This document shows positions 1-9,991 of a stretch of DNA of 64,000 nucleotides, piece after piece. The notes under the pieces are model-generated. The model saw nothing but the letters and a program-made list of their open reading frames with translations, was not told the origin of the DNA and made no database searches. Origin of the DNA: Auanema rhodensis (taxonomy: Eukaryota; Animalia; Nematoda); assembly GCA_964057225.1 (NCBI GenBank), contig OZ059898.1, forward strand, positions 2,418,001-2,482,000. Direction: 5' to 3'. The translations under genes and the position numbers were made by a program. How positions within the stretch are numbered: position 1 is the stretch's first letter; each line of letters opens with the position of its first letter.

Positions 1-56
1 CATAACTAATTTTTGTATCAAGTGTTTCTCAATGTAATATAGTGCATTCGATGCGG

Positions 57-107
57 ATTTTTAAGCTGCGTCGATCTGTGTTATCAGATTTGCGCTAGCT
101 TAAAAAT
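57..107. repeat. Intra-monomer long imperfect inverted repeat (recurs every 351 bp)
   Basis: atttttaagct (57-67) / agcttaaaaat (97-107) are exact 11-bp reverse complements. Inside them are gcg (68-70) / cgc (93-95) and atctg (74-78) / cagat (85-89) around a 6-nt loop. Confidence 0.9.
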
Positions 108-124
108 GCACCGAGATATCAACT

Positions 125-146
125 GATATAAGTTCACACTTATATC
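125..146. repeat. Intra-monomer inverted repeat, 9-bp stem with 4-nt loop
   Basis: gatataagt (125-133) - tcac - acttatatc (138-146). Overlaps an alternative dyad atatca (116-121) / tgatat (124-129). Confidence 0.9.
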
Positions 147-248
147 CTCGATTTTCACCCTGAAAAATTAATTTTTTCGTTGAATAACATTGTCCATCGT
201 CTTTGCCTTGAAAAATGGAATCTAAAAACATCTACTTTTTGCTAAATT

Positions 249-283
249 ATTTTGAAATTTTTCGAAAAAATTTTTGTCAAAAT
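249..283. repeat. Intra-monomer A/T-tract dyad
   Basis: Perfect 12-bp palindrome tttttcgaaaaa (258-269), flanked by attttga (249-255) / tcaaaat (277-283). Confidence 0.8.
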
Positions 284-296
284 GTTTTTGGAAGCA

Positions 297-324
297 ATGT
301 TGAGTGTACATGGAAACTCAACAT
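297..324. repeat. Intra-monomer inverted repeat, 9-bp stem with 10-nt loop, unchanged in all copies inspected
   Basis: atgttgagt (297-305) - gtacatggaa - actcaacat (316-324). Confidence 0.9.
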
Positions 325-3300
325 ACACTAATGCATCATTTTTCAAACGATCATAACTAATTTTTGTATCAAGCGTTTCTTAATGTAGTATAGTGCATTC
401 GATCCGGATTTTTAAGATGCGTCGATCTGTGTTATCAGATTAGCGCTAGCTTAAAAATGCACCGAGATATCAACTGATATAAGTTCACACTTATATCCTC
501 GATTTTCACCCTGAAGAAATAATTTTTTCGTTGAATAACATTGTCCATCGTCTTTGCCTTGAAAAAAGGAATCTAAAAACATCTACTTTTTGCTAAATTA
601 TTTTGAAATTTTTCGAAAAAATTTTTGTCAAAATGTTTTTGGAAGCAATGTTGAGTGTACATGGAAACTCAACATACACTAATGCATCATTTTTCAAACG
701 ATCATAACTAATTTTTGTATCAAGCGTTTTTCAATGTAGTATAGTGCATTCGATGCGGATTTTTAAGCTGCGTCGAGCTGTGTTATCAGATTTGCGCTAG
801 CTTAAAAATGCACCGAGATATCAACTGATATAAGTTCACACTTATATCCTCGATTTTCACCCTGAAAAATTAATTTTTTCGTTGAATAACATTGTCCATC
901 GTCTTTGCCTTGAAAAATGGAATCTAAAAACATCTACTTTTTGCTAAATTATTTTGAAATTTTTCGAAAAAATTTTTGTCAAAATGTTTTTGGAAGCAAT
1001 GTTGAGTGTACATGGAAACTCAACATACACTAATGCATCATTTTTCAAACGATCATAACTAATTTTTGTATCAAGCGTTTCTTAATGTAGTATAGTGCAT
1101 TCGATCCGGATTTTTAAGATGCGTCGATCTGTGTTATCAGATTTGCGCTAGCTTAAAAATGCACCGAGATATCAACTGATATAAGTTCACACTTATATCC
1201 TCGATTTTCACCCTGAAGAAATAATTTTTTCGTTGAATAACATTGTCCATCGTCTTTGCCTTGAGAAAAGGAATCTAAAAACATCTACTTTTTGCTAAAT
1301 TATTTTGAAATTTTTCGAAAAAATTTTTGTCAAAATGTTTTTGGAAGCAATGTTGAGTGTACATGGAAACTCAACATACACTAATGCATCATTTTTCAAA
1401 CGATCACAACTAATTTTTGTATCAAGCGTTTCTTAATGTAGTAAAGTGCATTCGATCCGGATTTTTAAGATGCGTCGATCTGTGTTATCAGATTTGCGCT
1501 AGCTTAAAAATGCACCGAGATATCAACTGATATAAGTTCACACTTATATCCTCGATTTTCACCCTGAAGAATTAATTTTTTCGTTGAATAACATTGTCCA
1601 TCGTCTTTGCCTTGAAAAATGGAATCTTAAAACATCTACTTTTTGCTAAATTATTTTGAAATTTTTCGAAAAAATTTTTGTCAAAATGTTTTTGGAAGCA
1701 ATGTTGAGTGTACATGGAAACTCAACATACACTAATGCATCATTTTTCAAACGATCATAACTAATTTTTGTATCAAGCGTTTCTTAATGTAGTAAAGTGC
1801 ATTCGATCCGGATTTTTAAGATGCGTCGATCTGTGTTATCAGATTTGCGCTAGCTTAAAAATGCACCGAGATATCAACTGATATAAGTTCACACTTATAT
1901 CCTCGATTTTCACCCTGAAGAATTAATTTTTTCGTTGAATAACATTGTCCATCGTCTTTGCCTTGAAAAATGGAATCTTAAAACATCTACTTTTTGCTAA
2001 ATTATTTTGAAATTTTTCGAAAAAATTTTTGTCAAAATGTTTTTGGAAGCAATGTTGAGTGTACATGGAAACTCAACATACACTAATGCATCATTTTTCA
2101 AACGATCATAACTAATTTTTGTATTAAGCGTTTCTCAATGTAGTATAGTGTATTCGATGCGGATTTTTAAGCTGCGTCGATCTGTGTTATCAGATTTGCG
2201 CTAGCTTAAAAATTCACCGAGATATCAACTGATATAAGTTCACACTTATATCCTCGATTTTCACCCTGAAGAATTAATTTTTTCGTTGAATAACATTGTC
2301 CATCGTCTTTGCCTTGAAAAATGGAATCTAAAAACATCTACTTTTTGCTAAATTATTTTGAAATTTTTCGAAAAAATTTTTGTCAAAATGTTTTTGGAAG
2401 CAATGTTGAGTGTACATGGAAACTCAACATACACTAATGCATCATTTTTCAAACGATCATAACTAATTTTTGTATCAAGTGTTTCTCAATGTAATATAGT
2501 GCATTCGATGCGGATTTTTAAGCTGCGTCGAGCTGTGTTATCAGATTTGCGCTAGCTTAAAAATGCACCGAGATATCAACTGATATAAGTTCACACTTAT
2601 ATCCTCGATTTTCACCCTGAAGAAATAATTTTTTCGTTGAATAACATTGTCCATCGTCTTTGCCTTGAAAAAAGGAATCTAAAAACATCTACTTTTTGCT
2701 AAATTATTTTGAAATTTTTCGAAAAAATTTTTGTCAAAATGTTTTTGGAAGCAATGTTGAGTGTACATGGAAACTCAACATACACTAATGCATCATTTTT
2801 CAAACGATCATAACTAATTTTTGTATTAAGCGTTTCTCAATGTAGTATAGTGCATTCGATGCGGATTTTTAAGCTGCGTCGATCTGTGTTATCAGATTTG
2901 CGCTAGCTTAAAAATGCACCGAGATATCAACTGATATAAGTTCACACTTATATCCTCGATTTTCACCCTGAAGAATTAATTTTTTCGTTGAATAACATTG
3001 TCCATCGTCTTTGCCTTGAAAAATGGAATCTAAAAACATCTACTTTTTGCTAAATTATTTTGAAATTTTTCGAAAAAATTTTTGTCAAAATGTTTTTGGA
3101 AGCAATGTTGAGTGTACATGGAAACTCAACATACACTAATGCATCATTTTTCAAACGATCATAACTAATTTTTGTATCAAGTGTTTCTCAATGTAATATA
3201 GTGCATTCGATGCGGATTTTTAAGCTGCGTCGAGCTGTGTTATCAGATTTGCGCTAGCTTAAAAATGCACCGAGATATCAACTGATATAAGTTCACACTT

Positions 3301-4591
3301 ATATCCTCGATTTTCACCCTGAAGAAATAATTTTTTCGTTGAATAACATTGTCCATCGTCTTTGCCTTGAAAAAAGGAATCTAAAAACATCTACTTTTTG
3401 CTAAATTATTTTGAAATTTTTCGAAAAAATTTTTGTCAAAATGTTTTTGGAAGCAATGTTGAGTGTACATGGAAACTCAACATACACTAATGCATCATTT
3501 TTCAAACGATCATAACTAATTTTTGTATTAAGCGTTTCTCAATGTAGTATAGTGCATTCGATGCGGATTTTTAAGCTGCGTCGATCTGTGTTATCAGATT
3601 TGCGCTAGCTTAAAAATGCACCGAGATATCAACTGATATAAGTTCACACTTATATCCTCGATTTTCACCCTGAAGAATTAATTTTTTTGTTGAATAACAT
3701 TGTCCATCGTCTTTGCCTTGAAAAATGGAATCTAAAAACATCTACTTTTTGCTAAATTATTTTGAAATTTTTCGAAAAAATTTTTGTCAAAATGTTTTTG
3801 GAAGCAATGTTGAGTGTACATGGAAACTCAACATACACTAATGCATCATTTTTCAAACGATCATAACTAATTTTTGTATCAAGTGTTTCTCAATGTAATA
3901 TAGTGCATTCGATGCGGATTTTTAAGCTGCGTCGATCTGTGTTATCAGATTTGCGCTAGCTTAAAAATGCACCGAGATATCAACTGATATAAGTTCACAC
4001 TTATATCCTCGATTTTCACCCTGAAAAATTAATTTTTTCGTTGAATAACATTGTCCATCGTCTTTGCCTTGAAAAATGGAATCTAAAAACATCTACTTTT
4101 TGCTAAATTATTTTGAAATTTTTCGAAAAAATTTTTGTCAAAATGTTTTTGGAAGCAATGTTGAGTGTACATGGAAACTCAACATACACTAATGCATCAT
4201 TTTTCAAACGATCATAACTAATTTTTGTATCAAGCGTTTCTTAATGTAGTATAGTGCATTCGATCCGGATTTTTAAGATGCGTCGATCTGTGTTATCAGA
4301 TTAGCGCTAGCTTAAAAATGCACCGAGATATCAACTGATATAAGTTCACACTTATATCCTCGATTTTCACCCTGAAGAAATAATTTTTTCGTTGAATAAC
4401 ATTGTCCATCGTCTTTGCCTTGAAAAAAGGAATCTAAAAACATCTACTTTTTGCTAAATTATTTTGAAATTTTTCGAAAAAATTTTTGTCAAAATGTTTT
4501 TGGAAGCAATGTTGAGTGTACATGGAAACTCAACATACACTAATGCATCATTTTTCAAACGATCATAACTAATTTTTGTATCAAGCGTTTT

Positions 4592-7500
4592 TCAATGTAG
4601 TATAGTGCATTCGATGCGGATTTTTAAGCTGCGTCGAGCTGTGTTATCAGATTTGCGCTAGCTTAAAAATGCACCGAGATATCAACTGATATAAGTTCAC
4701 ACTTATATCCTCGATTTTCACCCTGAAAAATTAATTTTTTCGTTGAATAACATTGTCCATCGTCTTTGCCTTGAAAAATGGAATCTAAAAACATCTACTT
4801 TTTGCTAAATTATTTTGAAATTTTTCGAAAAAATTTTTGTCAAAATGTTTTTGGAAGCAATGTTGAGTGTACATGGAAACTCAACATACACTAATGCATC
4901 ATTTTTCAAACGATCATAACTAATTTTTGTATCAAGCGTTTCTTAATGTAGTATAGTGCATTCGATCCGGATTTTTAAGATGCGTCGATCTGTGTTATCA
5001 GATTTGCGCTAGCTTAAAAATGCACCGAGATATCAACTGATATAAGTTCACACTTATATCCTCGATTTTCACCCTGAAGAAATAATTTTTTCGTTGAATA
5101 ACATTGTCCATCGTCTTTGCCTTGAAAAAAGGAATCTAAAAACATCTACTTTTTGCTAAATTATTTTGAAATTTTTCGAAAAAATTTTTGTCAAAATGTT
5201 TTTGGAAGCAATGTTGAGTGTACATGGAAACTCAACATACACTAATGCATCATTTTTCAAACGATCACAACTAATTTTTGTATCAAGCGTTTCTTAATGT
5301 AGTAAAGTGCATTCGATCCGGATTTTTAAGATGCGTCGATCTGTGTTATCAGATTTGCGCTAGCTTAAAAATGCACCGAGATATCAACTGATATAAGTTC
5401 ACACTTATATCCTCGATTTTCACCCTGAAGAAATAATTTCTTCGTTGAATAACATTGTCCATCGTCTTTGCCTTGAAAAAAGGAATCTAAAAACATCTAC
5501 TTTTTGCTAAATTATTTTGAAATTTTTCGAAAAAATTTTTGTCAAAATGTTTTTGGAAGCAATGTTGAGTGTACATGGAAACTCAACATACACTAATGCA
5601 TCATTTTTCAAACGATCATAACTAATTTTTGTATCAAGCGTTTCTTAATGTAGTAAAGTGCATTCGATCCGGATTTTTAAGATGCGTCGATCTGTGTTAT
5701 CAGATTTGCGCTAGCTTAAAAATGCACCGAGATATCAACTGATATAAGTTCACACTTATATCCTCGATTTTCACCCTGAAGAATTAATTTTTTCGTTGAA
5801 TAACATTGTCCATCGTCTTTGCCTTGAAAAATGGAATCTTAAAACATCTACTTTTTGCTAAATTATTTTGAAATTTTTCGAAAAAATTTTTGTCAAAATG
5901 TTTTTGGAAGCAATGTTGAGTGTACATGGAAACTCAACATACACTAATGCATCATTTTTCAAACGATCATAACTAATTTTTGTATTAAGCGTTTCTCAAT
6001 GTAGTATAGTGTATTCGATGCGGATTTTTAAGCTGCGTCGATCTGTGTTATCAGATTTGCGCTAGCTTAAAAATGCACCGAGATATCAACTGATATAAGT
6101 TCACACTTATATCCTCGATTTTCACCCTGAAGAATTAATTTTTTCGTTGAATAACATTGTCCATCGTCTTTGCCTTGAAAAATGGAATCTTAAAACATCT
6201 ACTTTTTGCTAAATTATTTTGAAATTTTTCGAAAAAATTTTTGTCAAAATGTTTTTGGAAGCAATGTTGAGTGTACATGGAAACTCAACATACACTAATG
6301 CATCATTTTTCAAACGATCATAACTAATTTTTGTATCAAGTGTTTCTCAATGTAATATAGTGCATTCGATGCGGATTTTTAAGCTGCGTCGATCTGTGTT
6401 ATCAGATTTGCGCTAGCTTAAAAATGCACCGAGATATCAACTGATATAAGTTCACACTTATATCCTCGATTTTCACCCTGAAAAATTAATTTTTTCGTTG
6501 AATAACATTGTCCATCGTCTTTGCCTTGAAAAATGGAATCTAAAAACATCTACTTTTTGCTAAATTATTTTGAAATTTTTCGAAAAAATTTTTGTCAAAA
6601 TGTTTTTGGAAGCAATGTTGAGTGTACATGGAAACTCAACATACACTAATGCATCATTTTTCAAACGATCATAACTAATTTTTGTATCAAGTGTTTCTCA
6701 ATGTAATATAGTGCATTCGATGCGGATTTTTAAGCTGCGTCGATCTGTGTTATCAGATTTGCGCTAGCTTAAAAATGCACCGAGATATCAACTGATATAA
6801 GTTCACACTTATATCCTCGATTTTCACCCTGAAAAATTAATTTTTTCGTTGAATAACATTGTCCATCGTCTTTGCCTTGAGAAATGGAATCTAAAAACAT
6901 CTACTTTTTGCTAAATTATTTTGAAATTTTTCGAAAAAATTTTTGTCAAAATGTTTTTGGAAGCAATGTTGAGTGTACATGGAAACTCAACATACACTAA
7001 TGCATCATTTTTCAAACGATCATAACTAATTTTTGTATCAAGTGTTTCTTAATGTAGTATAGTGCATTCGATCCGGATTTTTAAGATGCGTCGATCTGTG
7101 TTATCAGATTTGCGCTAGCTTAAAAATGCACCGAGATATCAACTGATATAAGTTCACACTTATATCCTCGATTTTCACCCTGAAAAATTAATTTTTTCGT
7201 TGAATAACATTGTCCATCGTCTTTGCCTTGAGAAATGGAATCTAAAAACATCTACTTTTTGCTAAATTATTTTGAAATTTTTGAAAAAATTTTTGTCAAA
7301 ATGTTTTTGGAAGCAATGTTGAGTGTACATGGAAACTCAACATACACTAATGCATCATTTTTCAAACGATCATAACTTATTTTTGTAACAAGCGTTTCTC
7401 AATGTAGTATAGTGCATTCGATGCGGATTTTTAAGCTGCGTCGAGCTGTGTTATCAGATTTGCGCTAGCTTAAAAATGCACCGAGATATCAACTGATATA

Positions 7501-9991
7501 AGTTCACACTTATATCCTCGATTTTCACCCTGAAAAATTAATTTTTTCGTTGAATAACATTGTCCATCGTCTTTGCCTTGAAAAATGGAATCTAAAAACA
7601 TCTACTTTTTGCTAAATTATTTTGAAATTTTTCGAAAAAATTTTTGTCAAAATGTTTTTGGAAGCAATGTTGAGTGTACATGGAAACTCAACATACACTA
7701 ATGCATCATTTTTCAAACGATCATAACTAATTTTTGTATCAAGCGTTTCTTAATGTAGTATAGTGCATTCGATCCGGATTTTTAAGATGCGTCGATCTGT
7801 GTTATCAGATTTGCGCTAGCTTAAAAATGCACCGAGATATCAACTGATATAAGTTCACACTTATATCCTCGATTTTCACCCTGAAGAAATAATTTTTTCG
7901 TTGAATAACATTGTCCATCGTCTTTGCCTTGAAAAAAGGAATCTAAAAACATCTACTTTTTGCTAAATTATTTTGAAATTTTTCGAAAAAATTTTTGTCA
8001 AAATGTTTTTGGAAGCAATGTTGAGTGTACATGGAAACTCAACATACACTAATGCATCATTTTTCAAACGATCACAACTAATTTTTGTATCAAGCGTTTC
8101 TTAATGTAGTAAAGTGCATTCGATCCGGATTTTTAAGATGCGTCGATCTGTGTTATCAGATTTGCGCTAGCTTAAAAATGCACCGAGATATCAACTGATA
8201 TAAGTTCACACTTATATCCTCGATTTTCACCCTGAAGAAATAATTTCTTCGTTGAATAACATTGTCCATCGTCTTTGCCTTGAAAAAAGGAATCTAAAAA
8301 CATCTACTTTTTGCTAAATTATTTTGAAATTTTTCGAAAAAATTTTTGTCAAAATGTTTTTGGAAGCAATGTTGAGTGTACATGGAAACTCAACATACAC
8401 TAATGCATCATTTTTCAAACGATCATAACTAATTTTTGTATCAAGCGTTTCTTAATGTAGTAAAGTGCATTCGATCCGGATTTTTAAGATGCGTCGATCT
8501 GTGTTATCAGATTTGCGCTAGCTTAAAAATGCACCGAGATATCAACTGATATAAGTTCACACTTATATCCTCGATTTTCACCCTGAAGAATTAATTTTTT
8601 CGTTGAATAACATTGTCCATCGTCTTTGCCTTGAAAAATGGAATCTTAAAACATCTACTTTTTGCTAAATTATTTTGAAATTTTTCGAAAAAATTTTTGT
8701 CAAAATGTTTTTGGAAGCAATGTTGAGTGTACATGGAAACTCAACATACACTAATGCATCATTTTTCAAACGATCATAACTAATTTTTGTATTAAGCGTT
8801 TCTCAATGTAGTATAGTGTATTCGATGCGGATTTTTAAGCTGCGTCGATCTGTGTTATCAGATTTGCGCTAGCTTAAAAATGCACCGAGATATCAACTGA
8901 TATAAGTTCACACTTATATCCTCGATTTTCACCCTGAAGAATTAATTTTTTCGTTGAATAACATTGTCCATCGTCTTTGCCTTGAAAAATGGAATCTTAA
9001 AACATCTACTTTTTGCTAAATTATTTTGAAATTTTTCGAAAAAATTTTTGTCAAAATGTTTTTGGAAGCAATGTTGAGTGTACATGGAAACTCAACATAC
9101 ACTAATGCATCATTTTTCAAACGATCATAACTAATTTTTGTATCAAGTGTTTCTCAATGTAATATAGTGCATTCGATGCGGATTTTTAAGCTGCGTCGAT
9201 CTGTGTTATCAGATTTGCGCTAGCTTAAAAATGCACCGAGATATCAACTGATATAAGTTCACACTTATATCCTCGATTTTCACCCTGAAAAATTAATTTT
9301 TTCGTTGAATAACATTGTCCATCGTCTTTGCCTTGAAAAATGGAATCTAAAAACATCTACTTTTTGCTAAATTATTTTGAAATTTTTCGAAAAAATTTTT
9401 GTCAAAATGTTTTTGGAAGCAATGTTGAGTGTACATGGAAACTCAACATACACTAATGCATCATTTTTCAAACGATCATAACTAATTTTTGTATCAAGTG
9501 TTTCTCAATGTAATATAGTGCATTCGATGCGGATTTTTAAGCTGCGTCGATCTGTGTTATCAGATTTGCGCTAGCTTAAAAATGCACCGAGATATCAACT
9601 GATATAAGTTCACACTTATATCCTCGATTTTCACCCTGAAAAATTAATTTTTTCGTTGAATAACATTGTCCATCGTCTTTGCCTTGAGAAATGGAATCTA
9701 AAAACATCTACTTTTTGCTAAATTATTTTGAAATTTTTCGAAAAAATTTTTGTCAAAATGTTTTTGGAAGCAATGTTGAGTGTACATGGAAACTCAACAT
9801 ACACTAATGCATCATTTTTCAAACGATCATAACTAATTTTTGTATCAAGTGTTTCTTAATGTAGTATAGTGCATTCGATCCGGATTTTTAAGATGCGTCG
9901 ATCTGTGTTATCAGATTTGCGCTAGCTTAAAAATGCACCGAGATATCAACTGATATAAGTTCACACTTATATCCTCGATTTTCACCCTGAA
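4592..9991. repeat. Local higher-order duplication, 8-monomer offset (2807 bp)
   Basis: Order of variant monomers at 4592-7184 is repeated at 7399-9991, e.g. pos175C at 5440 and 8247, pos212G at 6881 and 9688. Confidence 0.85.

Larger units (their letters stand above)
1..351. repeat. Representative satellite monomer (351 bp, 108 G+C, about 31% GC)
   Basis: First full unit; phase is arbitrary. Contains NheI (94-99), EcoRV (115-120), BstBI (261-266), BsrGI (305-310) and NsiI (331-336) sites and many A4-6/T4-6 tracts. Confidence 0.98.

Noticed and set aside
175-191. CENP-B-box-like (y)ttcgttgaa
   Set aside because: Matches TTCG and the central A but lacks the essential CGGG (5 of 9 core bases).
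297-332. Helitron 3' end (hairpin followed by CTRR) or intrinsic terminator
   Set aside because: The ctaa lies only 3 bp after an AT-rich stem, there are no other element hallmarks, and no upstream gene or adjacent U-tract.
1-351. Monomer as a diverged dimer of ~175 bp
   Set aside because: No convincing alignment between halves by eye beyond A/T tracts; needs a self dot plot.
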